Assembly (NCBI GenBank): GCA_041911695.1
Contig: JAYROM010000144.1
Location: forward strand, 1,149 to 65,148
Direction: 5' to 3'
Origin: Aeromonadaceae bacterium
GTDB lineage: Bacteria > Pseudomonadota > Gammaproteobacteria > Enterobacterales > Aeromonadaceae
Length of the DNA stretch: 64,000 nt
Of the stretch, positions 12,986-24,761 are shown piece by piece (position 1 is the first letter of the stretch; each line of letters starts with the position of its first letter). The notes beneath the pieces were generated by a model that was given only the letters and a program-made list of their open reading frames with translations, ran no database searches and had not been told where the DNA came from. Position numbers and translations under genes: made by a program.

Positions 12986-14194
12986 TTACTTGGCCTGATC
13001 CTTCAGCGCGCGAATGCGGCTGGCCAGGGTATACAGGCGGATAAAGCCTTCAGCATGGCTCTGGTCGTAGACTTCGTCGGCACCGAAGGTGGCGAAGTCT
13101 TCCGAGTACAGGCTGTTCACCGAACGCTTCTGCACCGCAGTGACCGAGCCCTTGTACATCTTCAGCACGACCTCACCGGACAGGTCTTCGGCAATGGCGT
13201 TGGCCGAGGCGACAATCGCCTTGCACAGCGGGGTGAACCAACGACCGTCGTATACCAGATGGGAGAACTCAGCACCCAGCTTTTCACGCCAAGCGCGAGT
13301 GGTCTTATCCAGTACCAGCTCTTCCACGGCTCGCAGCGCAGCCATCATCACGGTGCCGCCCGGGGTTTCGTAGCAGCCGCGGGACTTCATGCCCACCAGA
13401 CGGTTTTCGGTGATATCGATACGGCCGACGCCATGCTTGGCAGCACGGGCGTTGAGCTCGACCAGCACCTGGTACGGGCTCAGTGCTTTGTCATCGACGC
13501 CGACCACTTCGCCTTCGGCGATGGTCAGCTTGACGTATTCCGGCGCGTCCGGGGCGTCCACCGGATCCACCGTCCACTGCCATACCGCGGCTGACGGTTC
13601 GTTCCAGGTGCTTTCCAGCTCGCCACCTTCGGTGGAGATGTGCCAAGCGTTGGCATCACGGCTATAGATCTTGGTGATCGAGGCCTTACACGGAATGTTG
13701 CGCTCAGCCAGGTAGTTGAGCAGCTCTTCACGCGAACGCATGGTCCAGATCCGCCACGGAGCGATCACCTTCAGTTGCGGGGCCAGTGCCGCCACGGCGC
13801 CTTCGAAACGCACCTGATCGTTACCCTTGCCGGTACAGCCGTGGGCGATGGCATCCGCCCCTTCGGCGATCGCCGCTTCGACCATCGCCTTGGCGATCAC
13901 CGGACGGGCCATCGAGGTGCCCAGCAGGTAGGTGCCTTCGTAGATGGCACCGGTCTTCAGGGTCGGATAGACGTAATCCTTGACGAACTCTTCTTTCAGA
14001 TCCTTGACGATGCACTTGGAGGCACCCGACGCCAGCGCCTTCTGCTCGACCCCTTCCAGGTCATCCGCACCCTGTCCGACATCGGCCACGAAGCAAATCA
14101 CTTCGCAGTGATAGTTCTCTTTCAGCCACGGCACGATAGCCGACGTATCCAGACCACCCGAATAAGCGAGAACGACCTTGTTGATGCCTTCCAT
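12986..14194 (-). CDS. argG: Argininosuccinate synthase
   Basis: [34 protein letters not shown]. Confidence 0.97.
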   Translation of the reverse strand: MEGINKVVLAYSGGLDTSAIVPWLKENYHCEVICFVADVGQGADDLEGVEQKALASGASKCIVKDLKEEFVKDYVYPTLKTGAIYEGTYLLGTSMARPVIAKAMVEAAIAEGADAIAHGCTGKGNDQVRFEGAVAALAPQLKVIAPWRIWTMRSREELLNYLAERNIPCKASITKIYSRDANAWHISTEGGELESTWNEPSAAVWQWTVDPVDAPDAPEYVKLTIAEGEVVGVDDKALSPYQVLVELNARAAKHGVGRIDITENRLVGMKSRGCYETPGGTVMMAALRAVEELVLDKTTRAWREKLGAEFSHLVYDGRWFTPLCKAIVASANAIAEDLSGEVVLKMYKGSVTAVQKRSVNSLYSEDFATFGADEVYDQSHAEGFIRLYTLASRIRALKDQAK

Positions 14195-15112
14195 TTATTT
14201 GACTCCTTGATTGAACAGTGTGTGCATGATGGCGTTCTGCGCGTGCAGACGATTTTCCGCTTCGTCGTAGATCAGCGAAGCCGGGCCATCCATGACCTCA
14301 GAGGTGATTTCCATTTCCCGGTGCGCCGGCTGGCAGTGCAGCACATGACGGATACCGGTCTGATCCAGCAGGCCCTGGTTAATCTGGTAGGGCATGTACT
14401 TATCTTTTACCGCTTCCAACGGGGTGTTGTCACCCATTGACACCCAGGTATCGGCGTAAGCGACATCGAAACCGACGATATCGCTGACCTGATCGGTTAC
14501 CGCCAGCTTGGCACCGGAAACACGGGCCAGTGCGGCGGCTTCATTGAAGATCTGCGCATCCGGACCGCTGCCCTTCGGCGAGACGATGGTGACATCGCTG
14601 CCCAGGATCGCGCCGGTGATTAGCAGCGAGTGGGCCACATTGTTGCCCTCGCCCAGATAGGCCAGCTTGACCTTGGTCAGATCGTCGTAATGCTCGGCAA
14701 CGGTCATGAAGTCGGCCAGCGCCTGGCACGGGTGGTACAGATCGCACAGCGAGTTGATCACCGGCACGCTGGCATTATCACGCAACTCAATCAGCGTCTT
14801 GTGGGCATAGACGCGCGCGACAATGCCATCGCACCAGCGCGACAGGTTGGCGGCAAAGTCCTTCACCGCCTCACGCTGTCCCATGGCACCGTTTTGCTGA
14901 TCCAGGTAGACCGCATGCCCACCCAGACGGTTCACCCCGATATCGAAGGTCACGCGGGTGCGCAGTGACGGCTTCTCGAACAGGGTGGCCACGCTCTTGC
15001 CAGCCAGACTGGTGCGATAGGCGGCGGGATCGGCCTTCATCGCCTTGCCCAGCGCGATCAACGCCAGCAATTCGTCCTGGTTGAATTCATGGGTGGTTAA
15101 TAAATGCCGCAT
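14195..15112 (-). CDS. argF: Ornithine carbamoyltransferase
   Basis: FEKPSLRTR, HPCQALAD, DTWVSMG, HCQP; located in the arg cluster. Confidence 0.95.
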   Translation of the reverse strand: MRHLLTTHEFNQDELLALIALGKAMKADPAAYRTSLAGKSVATLFEKPSLRTRVTFDIGVNRLGGHAVYLDQQNGAMGQREAVKDFAANLSRWCDGIVARVYAHKTLIELRDNASVPVINSLCDLYHPCQALADFMTVAEHYDDLTKVKLAYLGEGNNVAHSLLITGAILGSDVTIVSPKGSGPDAQIFNEAAALARVSGAKLAVTDQVSDIVGFDVAYADTWVSMGDNTPLEAVKDKYMPYQINQGLLDQTGIRHVLHCQPAHREMEITSEVMDGPASLIYDEAENRLHAQNAIMHTLFNQGVK

Positions 15113-15169
15113 GCGATGCTCCTTTGGCTGCGTTCGTGCTCTCTTCTTTAATAGATGTCCGGTCGCGTC

Positions 15170-15949
15170 TTACGCGCTGATCCGGGTACCAATATCCTCA
15201 CCCGCCAGCAGACGACTGAGCTGGTCCGGGTAGCGCCAGCTGGCGACACAGATCGGCCGGCCCAGGCTAGCCGCGGCATGCAGGGCGGCCTTGACCTTGA
15301 CCTCCATGCCACCGGTGATGACGCCCTTGGCGATCAGCGCATCGGCGGTCTGCTGGGTCACTTCCGGGATCAGCTGCCCCTTGCCATCCAGGATGCCGCT
15401 GACATCGGACAACATCACCAGATCGGCGCCCAGTGCTTCAGCAATCGCGGTTGCGGCCTGGTCGGCATTGACGTTCATCAGCTGGCCGTCGGCAGTAATC
15501 CCGATCGAGCTGATCACCGGCAGGAAGCCGCCATCCAGCAGGGTATGCAGCAAGCTGGCATCGCCCGGCTGACAAGCGCCGACCGCCCCCAGCTCCGGAT
15601 CGAGCTGGGTGACCTGACACAGGCCGCCATCCGCCAGGCACAGACCGATGGTCTTCAGCTGGTGACGGATCGCCATCGCCATCATCTGCTTGTTGGCCGT
15701 ACCGGCCAGTGCGCCGGCAATCACCGGGATCTGGTCAAACGGGGTGACCCGCAGGCCATTCTTCTTGGTGCTCTTCAGACCCAGCCCCTTGAGCAGGTCA
15801 TCGACCAGACAGCCACCGCCATGCACCAGCACCAGTGGACGGTGCTGTTGGGCCAGGAAACCGGTCAGGCCTTCAAACAGGGCCTCCAGTGCCTCTTCGC
15901 TCTCCAGCAGGGCACCGCCAAGTTTGATGATCAGGGTATTGTTTGCCAT
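15170..15949 (-). CDS. argB: Acetylglutamate kinase
   Basis: [24 protein letters not shown]. Confidence 0.96.
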   Translation of the reverse strand: MANNTLIIKLGGALLESEEALEALFEGLTGFLAQQHRPLVLVHGGGCLVDDLLKGLGLKSTKKNGLRVTPFDQIPVIAGALAGTANKQMMAMAIRHQLKTIGLCLADGGLCQVTQLDPELGAVGACQPGDASLLHTLLDGGFLPVISSIGITADGQLMNVNADQAATAIAEALGADLVMLSDVSGILDGKGQLIPEVTQQTADALIAKGVITGGMEVKVKAALHAAASLGRPICVASWRYPDQLSRLLAGEDIGTRISA

Positions 15950-15963
15950 GGTTGCTTGCTCCC

Positions 15964-16971
15964 TCACACCAGACTGCAGGTCTGGTCAAATCCATAATTA
16001 ATGTTGATGCACTGCATGGCCTGCGCCGAGGCGCCCTTGAGCAGGTTATCAATGGCCGAGACCACCACCAGCTGCTCGCCTTCCAACTGCCAGTGCAAGT
16101 CACAGAACGGGGTGCCAGCGACGCCAGCAATCGACGGCCACTGCGGTTGCAGGCGGACAATCGGCTTGCCCTCATAGGCGGTCTGATAGGCGGCATTGAC
16201 CTGTTCGGCGGTGGTGCCCGGCTTGAGCTGAACGTAGATGGTGGCCAGAATACCGCGCACAAAGTTACCCAAATGCGGCTGGAACAGCACCTGGGTCCCC
16301 AGATGGTGGCTGATCTCCGGACGGTGGCGGTGCTTGAACACGCCATACGGGCTTAAGCTGACCTCACAGTAGCTGGTGTTCAGTGCCGCCTTGCGACCGG
16401 CACCGGAGACACCGGAGACCGCATTGATGATCGGCATACAGCCGTCGGCGATCAGCCCTGCCGCCATCAGCGGCTTGAGGGCGCTCAACGAGGCGGTCGG
16501 ATAGCAACCCGGTACCGCGATCAGTTCGGCTTCGGCAATCTCGGCTTCATTCCATTCCGCCAGGCCATACACCGCCTTGGACAGCCACGCTGGCTGATTG
16601 TGGGCAAAGCCATAGAACTCGTCATAGAAGCCTGGTTGTTCGACACGGAACGCGCCGGAGAGGTCAAACACCTTGATGCCGGCGGCCAGGAACTTGGGCG
16701 CCAGATCCATGCTTACCTCATGCGCCGTGGCCAGACAGACCAACTGGGTATCGGTCATCGCGGCCTGCAGGCCAGCTTCGTCCAGCGGTTGCACCGGTAG
16801 GTCGATCAGTCCGGCAAAACGCGGATGCAGTGCGGAGAACGGCTTATTGGCATCCTGGCTGGCAGCGGAAACAAACAGACCGTGCAGGTTCAGGTGCGGA
16901 TGCTTGTGTACCAGAGCGGCCAGCTCTGCACCGGCATAACCACTGGCCCCGATAATGACAACATTCAACAT
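15964..16971 (-). CDS. argC: N-acetyl-gamma-glutamyl-phosphate reductase
   Basis: [29 protein letters not shown]. Confidence 0.97.
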   Translation of the reverse strand: MLNVVIIGASGYAGAELAALVHKHPHLNLHGLFVSAASQDANKPFSALHPRFAGLIDLPVQPLDEAGLQAAMTDTQLVCLATAHEVSMDLAPKFLAAGIKVFDLSGAFRVEQPGFYDEFYGFAHNQPAWLSKAVYGLAEWNEAEIAEAELIAVPGCYPTASLSALKPLMAAGLIADGCMPIINAVSGVSGAGRKAALNTSYCEVSLSPYGVFKHRHRPEISHHLGTQVLFQPHLGNFVRGILATIYVQLKPGTTAEQVNAAYQTAYEGKPIVRLQPQWPSIAGVAGTPFCDLHWQLEGEQLVVVSAIDNLLKGASAQAMQCININYGFDQTCSLV

Positions 16972-17133
16972 GACCATCTTCCATTATTTAGCGATTGCGA
17001 CAGGGGTCGTCAGCAGGCGGGCGACCCCTTGGGCAGGCTGTCCAGGTGACAGACGCTGCGCATTCCTTTACAACATGGGTTGAGCACAACATGCTGTTAT
17101 CTGTTGTCCGCTGTAGATTCACATCGAACACTG

Positions 17134-17172
17134 ATTTAATATTTATGCACTCAAATTGCATTTGTATTATTT
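17134..17172. promoter_or_regulatory. Tandem ARG boxes (ArgR operator) between divergent argC and argE
   Basis: ATTTAATATTTATGCACT and ATTGCATTTGTATTATTT: two 18-bp TGMAT-W4-ATKCA-like boxes 3 bp apart. Confidence 0.8.
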
Positions 17173-17205
17173 ACCAAATTCACATGCCGGGTGCAAGGAG
17201 CAGGA

Positions 17206-18351
17206 ATGGCCAATCTCGATTTTTTTCAACTTTACCGCGACATCATCGCCATCCCGTCAATCAGTAGCACCGATCCGGCCTGGGATCAGAGCAATCAGCA
17301 GGTCATTCAACTGCTGGCCGACTGGTTCAGCCAGGTTGGCTTCCGCTGCGAGATCAGCGCCATCCCAGAGATGCCAGGCAAGTTCAATCTGGTGGCCACG
17401 CTCGGCCAGGGCGATGGCGGCCTGCTGCTGGCCGGCCATACCGATACCGTGCCCTACGATGAACATGGCTGGAGCAAGGATCCGTTTAAGGTCACCGAAG
17501 AGGGCAACCGGCTGTATGGGCTCGGCACCATTGATATGAAGGGCTTCTTTGCTTTTATCATGCTGGCACTGCAAGACCTCGACCTGCGCCAGTTAAAGCA
17601 ACCGCTGCGCATTCTGGCCACTGCCGACGAAGAGACCACCATGGCCGGCGCCCGCGCTATCGCCCAAGCTGCGGCCTTCCGTCCACAGTATGCGGTGATT
17701 GGAGAGCCCACCGGCCTGGTGCCGGTGATGATGCACAAGGGGCATATGTCAGAGGCGATCCGCATCACCGGCAAGAGCGGACACAGCTCAGATCCGGCCA
17801 ACGGCGTTAATGCCATCGAGATCATGCAACAGGTGCTGGCCCAACTTGGCGGACTGCGTCAGTCGTTCAGCGAGCGTTATCACAATGACCACTTCAAGGT
17901 GCCCTACCCGACGCTCAACTTTGGCGCCATCCACGGCGGCGACAGCCCGAACCGTATCTGTGGCTGCTGCGAACTGCATATCGATATGCGCCCGATCCCT
18001 GGTGTCTCACCCGAGGAGTTAATGGGGCTGTTGGCGGAGAATCTTTCCGGGATTCATGATTGTCACCCCGGCTGCCTGCACATCAGCCACCTGCACGAGC
18101 CGATCCCGCCCTATGCCTGTGATCCGGCCTCACCGCTGATCGCCGAAGCCGAGCGGCTAAGTGGTCATACCGCCGAAGCGGTCAACTACTGCACCGAGGC
18201 GCCATTCGTTGAACAGCTGGGTTGTGACACCTTGGTGATGGGGCCCGGTTACATCACACAAGCTCATCAACCTGATGAATACCTTGATCTTTCCTTCGTC
18301 AAACCAACGCGGGAATTGTTAGCGCAACTGATCCGCCGTTTCTGTTTTTGA
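17206..18351 (+). CDS. argE: Acetylornithine deacetylase
   Basis: [36 protein letters not shown]. Confidence 0.96.
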   Translation: MANLDFFQLYRDIIAIPSISSTDPAWDQSNQQVIQLLADWFSQVGFRCEISAIPEMPGKFNLVATLGQGDGGLLLAGHTDTVPYDEHGWSKDPFKVTEEGNRLYGLGTIDMKGFFAFIMLALQDLDLRQLKQPLRILATADEETTMAGARAIAQAAAFRPQYAVIGEPTGLVPVMMHKGHMSEAIRITGKSGHSSDPANGVNAIEIMQQVLAQLGGLRQSFSERYHNDHFKVPYPTLNFGAIHGGDSPNRICGCCELHIDMRPIPGVSPEELMGLLAENLSGIHDCHPGCLHISHLHEPIPPYACDPASPLIAEAERLSGHTAEAVNYCTEAPFVEQLGCDTLVMGPGYITQAHQPDEYLDLSFVKPTRELLAQLIRRFCF

Positions 18352-18403
18352 CCCACGCTGGCGCCCCATTCGCATAAATTTGCACAGAATACGGGCTACC
18401 GGT

Positions 18404-18433
18404 TTGACCTCGATTACCGATTACGGCTAGATT
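18404..18433 (+). promoter_or_regulatory. Putative sigma70 promoter of ppc
   Basis: TTGACC-18 nt-TAGATT. Confidence 0.5.
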
Positions 18434-18457
18434 GTACCCTCGGCCGGTGAGGGGGAA

Positions 18458-18479
18458 TTTTGTGGAGCCCCTCACAAAG
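18458..18479. promoter_or_regulatory. Putative CRP site downstream of the ppc promoter
   Basis: TTT-TGTGG-AGCCCC-TCACA-AAG, 9/10 match to TGTGA-N6-TCACA. Confidence 0.5.
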
Positions 18480-18504
18480 CAAAGGGAAGGGAAGGACGGA
18501 CGAT

Positions 18505-21132
18505 ATGCATGAGAAGTACGCGGCGCTCCGCGGCAATGTGGGCCTGCTAGGCCAGCTGCTGGGCAAAACGATCAAGGATCATCTGGGCGATGCGTTCCTG
18601 GCAAAGATCGAAACCATTCGCCAATTGGCCAAGGCATCGCGTAAAGGTGATGAAGCGGCCCGTCAGGAGCTGCTGGATACCTTGCATGGCCTGAGCGATG
18701 AAGAGCTGTTGCCGGTCGCCCGTGCTTTCAGCCAGTTTCTGAATCTGGCTAACGTCGCCGAACAGTTTCACACCACCTCGCGTCATAATGAAGATAATCG
18801 TGGGCCGGATGCCATCGATCGTCTGTTTGACAAGCTCAAGGCCAGCCAACATACCCCGGATCAGATCCTCGACGCCGTGCGCGCATTGGATATCGAGCTG
18901 GTGCTGACCGCACATCCGACCGAAGTGACCCGTCGTACCCTGATTCACAAGCAGGTGCAGATCAATGACTGTCTGGTTCAGCTGGAACTCGACGATCTGA
19001 CCGAGCGTGAACGCAACGTCATTCTGCATCGTATCGAACAACTGATTAACCAGGCCTGGCACACCAACGAAATCCGTCAGCAGCGCCCGACCCCGGTCGA
19101 TGAAGCCAAGTGGGGTTTCGCCGTCATCGAGAACAGCCTGTGGCCGGCGATGCCCGATTTCATGCGCCAGCTCGATGAGCGCCTGCAGGAAACCTTCGGT
19201 GTCCGCCTGCCGCTGGACGCCGCGCCGGTGCGTTTTGCCTCCTGGATGGGTGGCGACCGTGACGGCAACCCATTCGTCACCGCCAAGGTGACCCGCGAAG
19301 TGCTGCTCACCTCGCGCTGGGTCGCACTGAACCTGTTCCATCAGGATGTGCAGGAGCTGGTCTCTGAACTGTCGATGATCGACTGTGACGATGACATCCG
19401 CGCCCGTGCCGGCACCAGCAACGAACCGTACCGCGTGGTGCTGCGTCGTCTGCGTGACGACATCAAGGAAACCCTGCAGAACCTGACCGCCCGTCTGCAA
19501 GGCCAGTACACTGAAAACCGCGACATCATCTGTCGCACCGAACAGCTGCGTCGCCCGCTCGAGCTGTGCTACCACTCGCTGCACACCTGCGGCATGGGGA
19601 TCATCGCCGACGGCCTGCTGCTGGATGTGCTACGCAAGCTCTCCTGCTTCGGCATCAACCTGCTCAAGCTGGATATCCGCCAGGATGGCGAACGCCATGG
19701 CGAAGCGCTGGCCGAGCTGACCCGCTACCTGGGTCTGGGCGATTACGGCCAGTGGAGCGAAGAGGACAAGCAGGCGTTCCTGCTCACCGAACTGAATTCG
19801 CGCCGCCCGCTGCTGCCACCGCACTGGAAGCCGAGCGCAGAAGTCCAGGAAGTGCTGGATACCTGCCGCGTGATCGCCGAAACCGATCCGGGTGCATTCG
19901 GTATCTACATTATCTCCATGGCGCGTCAGCCGTCAGACGTGCTGGCCGTGCAGTTGTTGCTCAAGGAGAGCGGCTGTACCTTCCGCATGCCGGTGGCCCC
20001 GCTGTTCGAAACCCAGAATGACCTGCAAAACGCCGCGGCGGTGCTCAACCGTCTGCTGTCAGTCGACTGGTACCGCGGTTATATCCAGGGTCAGCAGTAT
20101 GTGATGATCGGTTACTCCGACTCCGCCAAGGATGCCGGGATGCTGGCGGCCAACTGGGCCCAGTACCGCGCCATGGAAGAGCTGGTGGCGATTGCCGAGC
20201 GCGAAAACCTCAAGCTGAACCTGTTCCACGGCCGCGGTGGTACCGTCGGTCGCGGTGGTGGTCCAGCCCATCAGGCCATCCTGTCGCAACCGCCGGGATC
20301 GGTAAAGGGCGGCTTCCGCGTCACCGAGCAGGGCGAGATGATCCGCTTCAAGTTCGGTCTGCCACAGATCGCCATCACCAGCCTGAAGCTGTATACCAGC
20401 GCCGTGCTCGAAGCCAACCTGCTGCCGCCGCCGAAGCCGAAGCAGGAGTGGTGTGAAGTGATGGAGCAGTTGTCTGATATCTCCTGCGACCATTACCGTA
20501 GCATCACCCGTGGCGAGCCGGACTTCGTGCCCTACTTCCGTGCCGCGACGCCGGAAATGGAACTGGGCAAGCTGCCGCTGGGTTCCCGCCCGTCGAAGCG
20601 TAAGCCGAATGGCGGTGTCGAATCGCTGCGCGCCATCCCGTGGATCTTTGCCTGGACGCAGAACCGTCTGATGCTGCCCTCCTGGCTGGGTACCGATATT
20701 GCGCTGAATGCCGTACTGGCACAGGGCAAGGAGGCACTACTGGTTGAGATGAGCCGCGAATGGCCATTCTTCCGTACCCGTCTGGAAATGCTGGAGATGG
20801 TGTTCCTCAAGGCCGACCACTGGTTGTCCGAATACTACGACCAGCGTCTGGTGCCGACCGCGCTGTGGCCGCTGGGTGACCGTTTGCGTGCCGAGTTGCA
20901 AGCCTCGATCGATGTGGTACTGCGTCTGCGCCCGCAAGGCGGCCTGCTCGACGACCAACCGTGGGTCAAGGAGTCGATCAAGCTGCGTAACCCCTACACC
21001 GACCCGCTCAATGTGTTGCAGGTCGAACTGCTTAACCGCTCACGTAGCAACCCGGATGAGGTAGCGGAAGTGGATCAGGCCTTGATGGTCACCATTGCCG
21101 GGATTGCCGCCGGGATGCGGAATACGGGTTAA
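18505..21132 (+). CDS. ppc: Phosphoenolpyruvate carboxylase
   Basis: [56 protein letters not shown]. Confidence 0.98.
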   Translation: MHEKYAALRGNVGLLGQLLGKTIKDHLGDAFLAKIETIRQLAKASRKGDEAARQELLDTLHGLSDEELLPVARAFSQFLNLANVAEQFHTTSRHNEDNRGPDAIDRLFDKLKASQHTPDQILDAVRALDIELVLTAHPTEVTRRTLIHKQVQINDCLVQLELDDLTERERNVILHRIEQLINQAWHTNEIRQQRPTPVDEAKWGFAVIENSLWPAMPDFMRQLDERLQETFGVRLPLDAAPVRFASWMGGDRDGNPFVTAKVTREVLLTSRWVALNLFHQDVQELVSELSMIDCDDDIRARAGTSNEPYRVVLRRLRDDIKETLQNLTARLQGQYTENRDIICRTEQLRRPLELCYHSLHTCGMGIIADGLLLDVLRKLSCFGINLLKLDIRQDGERHGEALAELTRYLGLGDYGQWSEEDKQAFLLTELNSRRPLLPPHWKPSAEVQEVLDTCRVIAETDPGAFGIYIISMARQPSDVLAVQLLLKESGCTFRMPVAPLFETQNDLQNAAAVLNRLLSVDWYRGYIQGQQYVMIGYSDSAKDAGMLAANWAQYRAMEELVAIAERENLKLNLFHGRGGTVGRGGGPAHQAILSQPPGSVKGGFRVTEQGEMIRFKFGLPQIAITSLKLYTSAVLEANLLPPPKPKQEWCEVMEQLSDISCDHYRSITRGEPDFVPYFRAATPEMELGKLPLGSRPSKRKPNGGVESLRAIPWIFAWTQNRLMLPSWLGTDIALNAVLAQGKEALLVEMSREWPFFRTRLEMLEMVFLKADHWLSEYYDQRLVPTALWPLGDRLRAELQASIDVVLRLRPQGGLLDDQPWVKESIKLRNPYTDPLNVLQVELLNRSRSNPDEVAEVDQALMVTIAGIAAGMRNTG

Positions 21133-21139
21133 GTTCTCC

Positions 21140-21171
21140 ATCAGGCCGGGCATGTCCCGGCCTGATTTTTT
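21140..21171 (+). terminator. ppc intrinsic terminator
   Basis: ATCAGGCCGGG-CATGT-CCCGGCCTGAT-TTTTT. Confidence 0.85.
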
Positions 21172-21300
21172 CTGTCTATTCCTGCCTGCAAAACTGGTAA
21201 ATCCTGTTTATTTTTTCGCCAACAAGATCGAGAATCCGGAAATGAATCCAAGCATTACACGGCATTTTCGCTATTTGGCTGTTTCCAAGGAGATCCATCC

Positions 21301-21768
21301 ATGACACCCGCCATCCGTTATCTGCAAATGAGCAACGCCGAATTCACCACCCACAGCTATGAATGTGGGGTGACCGATGACTTCGGTCATCATGCGGCCA
21401 GCCAATTGGGATTACCGGAAGAACAGGTCTACAAGACCTTGCTGGTGCAGCATGACCGCGAGGTGGTGACGGCCGTCATTCCGGTCAACTGCATGCTCAG
21501 CCTGAAAGAGGTGGCCAAGGCCAGCGGGCTGAAAAAGGTCGAGATGATGAAGCCGGCCGATGCGGAACGCCTGACCGGCTACAAGGTCGGAGGTATCAGT
21601 CCGTTTGCCCAGAAAAAACAGACCCCGACCCTGATCGACAGCCGCGCCCTCGCCCAGTCGCGCATCCTGGTCAGTGGCGGCAAACGCGGCGTATCGGTCG
21701 AGATCGCGCCGGATGAGTTTGTCCGTCTGCTCAACGCCACCGTGGCCCCGATCGCCGAACAACATTAA
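21301..21768 (+). CDS. ybaK: Cys-tRNA(Pro) deacylase, YbaK family
   Basis: MTPAI.., VYKTLLV, GYKVGGISPF, VSGGKRG. Confidence 0.9.
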   Translation: MTPAIRYLQMSNAEFTTHSYECGVTDDFGHHAASQLGLPEEQVYKTLLVQHDREVVTAVIPVNCMLSLKEVAKASGLKKVEMMKPADAERLTGYKVGGISPFAQKKQTPTLIDSRALAQSRILVSGGKRGVSVEIAPDEFVRLLNATVAPIAEQH

Positions 21769-22002
21769 GCCAACGCTTGCGCCACTGCCGCCCGGCAGTG
21801 GCCCTATGGTGCCGCACCCTCCGCAAGAAAAGCCGAGGATGACGCCATTTTCCTGCGTTTTCTATACGCCAGCTTAACCGCTTCCTTTGCGCGCCCGCTT
21901 GGATAAACCGCAGCTAAACAGGCGCCGGTATCACGCTTGTGACCCGCCACGACGCCTCGTACAGTCACATCTGTCCATACCTATCAACCGATGAGGCCCT
22001 TC

Positions 22003-22347
22003 ATGGAAGCGTTCCTGTCCGCATTTCGCCAGTTTGCCGATTTCAACGGCCGTACCAGCCGCAAGACCTACTGGACTTACATCATCATCACGGTGGTGCT
22101 GTCGATCATTGTTCGTCTGACCGATACACATATGTCACATCCCGGCATCCTGTCGCTGATTTTCTTGCTGATCTTTATCCTGCCGACCCTGAGCATGAGC
22201 GTGCGCCGTCTGCATGACACCAACCGCAAGGGCTGGTGGGTATTGCTGGCGCTGATCCCGGTGGTGGGTCCGCTGACGCTGATCTTCTTCAAGGCCAGCA
22301 AGGGCGATACCAACAGCAACCGCTTCGGCCCGGCGCCCCTCTATTAA
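22003..22347 (+). CDS. DUF805 (YhaH/YhaI-like) inner-membrane protein
   Basis: DFNGRTSRKTYW, SVRRLHDTNRKGWW, NRFGP; GAGG RBS before ATG at 22003. Confidence 0.9.
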   Translation: MEAFLSAFRQFADFNGRTSRKTYWTYIIITVVLSIIVRLTDTHMSHPGILSLIFLLIFILPTLSMSVRRLHDTNRKGWWVLLALIPVVGPLTLIFFKASKGDTNSNRFGPAPLY

Positions 22348-22372
22348 TCGGCACGGCGCTCACCCAGTCAGT

Positions 22373-22398
22373 AAACGCCCTACGGGGCGTTTTTTATT
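22373..22398 (+). terminator. Intrinsic terminator
   Basis: AAACGCCC-TACG-GGGCGTTT-TTTATT. Confidence 0.85.
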
Positions 22399-22583
22399 GC
22401 CTCCGCCTCTCTGCCATACCCGCGCGTGGCAAGCCCGACTTGCCCCCCGTCCTCGCCCCTGCCCCTACGTCGGTCCGCTATCGCCCTGCATTGTGTAAAA
22501 AATGCACCATACTGGTATCAGTTACCCGGCGGCAGCCCGCTTGTCGCGTGCCGCTCTGTTGTTCCCGGTTACAAGGAGTCCGC

Positions 22584-24588
22584 ATGTTTTCCTTTCTGCA
22601 GCGCAAACCAGCCAAATCACTGACCCCCATGTTGTCAGTGGTAAAAACCTTGCACACCCGTCAGGCCAACCTGGATAACCAGTTCCCGCACTGGTTAAGC
22701 GAATTGCAGTCTCCGTCACTGATTCTGGCCTATCTCAGCCCGCATCTGGACTTCGCCATGACCTGTCGCCACCTGCAGGGGGCGCTGCAGCAAAAATTTA
22801 CACAGTGCAAACTGATAGCCGTCTCTACCGCCGGCGAGTTGTGTCAGCCAGAGGGGAATGGCTCGCTGTATTGCTGTACCGGTGAGCAGTGGGACTCCAT
22901 GGTGCTGCAGGCATTTGAACAGACGCTGGTGTCGCGGGTCGATATCGTGACCATACCGCTTGGCAGCCATCATGTCGGAGCCAAAGCTCGAACCCACGCC
23001 ATCATGGATGGCGTTAAAACAGGCCAAACTGCCGCAGCCACTGGATTACACCGATACCGTTGCCCTGACCTTTATCGACGGCCTAAGTGGTGCGGAGTCG
23101 TTCTTCACCGAGGCGCTGTATCGCAGCGAACGCATGCCCTGCTATGTGATTGGTGGCTCGAGTGGCGGCAAACTCGACTTCCAGAAAAGCTATCTGTATG
23201 ACGGACAACAGGTGTGTCAGAACCAGGCGGTGATGGCCTTCCTCAAGGTGGCCCCTGACTATCGCTATGCCGTCTTCACCTCGCACAACTTCCAGCGCGA
23301 AACCACCTCATTTCTGGTCGCCGAGGCCTCGGCCGAAGAGCGCTGGATCCAGACCGTACTGAGCGAGGATTACCGGGTCTGTTCGTTGATCGAGACCCTC
23401 AAGCAGCATTTTCATGTCAGCGACAATGCGGCGCTGGAGGTCAAGCTGCAGGACTATAGCTTTGCCATCGAGATCGGCGGCCAGCTATTTATTCGTAGTG
23501 TCAGTCAGATCGACTTCAAGGCGGATCGGGTGCGCTTCTACTGTGATGTCGCGATGGGCGAGCGGCTCTATCTGGTGCGTCGTCAGGATCTGGGCAAGCA
23601 GACCGCCAGCGATTTTCAGCGCTTTTTGTCCAGCCGCCGTCAGCTGGTGCCGGTGGGTGGGATCCTCAATGACTGTATCTTGCGTCGCCTGTATAACGGC
23701 AACCAGCTCGGGCAAGTCGACTGCTTCCGCGGACTGCCGGTGGCCGGCTTCTCCACCTTCGGCGAGCTATATGGGGTCAATATCAACCAGACGCTGACCG
23801 CGCTGTTCTTCTTCCATTTGGGGAGCGCCGACCGCAGCTATCAGGACGAAACCCTGCTCACCTTCCCGGTGATCTATGCCCGGTTCAGCAGTTACAGCCT
23901 GCAACGTCAGCTGGGGCAACGCGAGATCATCGGCCGGATCCGCCGCGAGATCCTGCGCCAGATGGACAGCTACCGCGATCTGGTACCACAACTGGTCGAG
24001 CAACTCGGCCATATCGAAGAGGCGGTACAGGGGATTGAATCGCAATTTATCGCCCTGCGTGACGGCCTAGGTGGCCACTTTAACCAGCTGGAACAGCTGT
24101 TGCAGCTCAACACCCTGATTAACCCGAAAACCGGTCAACTCAACGACAATACCGCCAACATCCGCCAGATCCTGGAGGCGATCAACCAGATTGCCGATCA
24201 GACCAATCTGCTGGCCCTGAATGCCGCCATCGAAGCGGCGCGCGCCGGCGAGCACGGCCGTGGGTTTGCGGTGGTCGCCGACGAGGTGCGCAAACTGGCC
24301 CGCGTCACCCAGGAGTCGCTGCATAAGACCCACGACTCGATCAAGGGGCTGTCGGACAGCGTCAGCGATATCTCGTCGCTGATGGGTCAGAACAGCCGCT
24401 CCGGTGATGAACTGTCGCGCAGCAGCAGCGGCTTCCATCACCGGATAGAGGAGGCCTCAAGCAACATCCATCAGGCCAGCGAACGTATCGTACAAACGGT
24501 GACCACATTGCGGGATGCCAGTGCCAACACCGCCGCGATCAATGCCGGCATGGACACCATCCAGCGGTTGATGCAGTCAATTGACTGA
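22584..24588 (+). pseudogene. Soluble methyl-accepting chemotaxis protein with N-terminal FIST (NosP-like) domains, frameshifted at ~23010
   Basis: AAGGAG RBS + ATG at 22584 (MFSFLQRK..VSTAGEL..); frame switches at ATG GAT G GCG TTA to [44 protein letters not shown] (FIST) and [37 protein letters not shown] (MCP signalling domain); no TM segments seen. Confidence 0.8.
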
Positions 24589-24601
24589 GCCCGGCCAGCG
24601 A

Positions 24602-24706
24602 CGGGGAGCGGGGAGCGAGAAGCGAGAGACGAGAGACGAGAGACGAGAGGCGAGAGGCGAGAGACGAGAGACGAGAGGCGAGAGGCGAGAGACGAGAGGC
24701 GAGGAG
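24602..24706. repeat. 15 tandem heptamers, consensus CGAGAG(A/G)
   Basis: CGGGGAG x2, CGAGAAG, eleven CGAGAGA/CGAGAGG units, CGAGGAG. Confidence 0.95.
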
Positions 24707-24715
24707 ATAAACTCA

Positions 24716-24741
24716 GTGAGCCCGCCGGATGGCGGGCTCAT
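24716..24741. terminator. Hairpin between the convergent MCP and metL genes
   Basis: GTGAGCCCGCC-GGAT-GGCGGGCTCAT; weak U-tails on both strands. Confidence 0.55.
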
Positions 24742-24761
24742 GGTTTGTCGCGGGGGGCCGT

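Noticed and set aside
16988-17092. 34-codon ORF upstream of argC as a possible attenuator leader
   Set aside because: No RBS, no run of Arg codons, no U-tailed terminator; the ARG boxes already explain regulation
22426-22550. NtrC-like TGCACCATACTGGTATC and sigma54-like motifs upstream of the FIST-MCP
   Set aside because: Candidate -24/-12 elements have the wrong spacing or lack the GC, so no complete promoter can be supported
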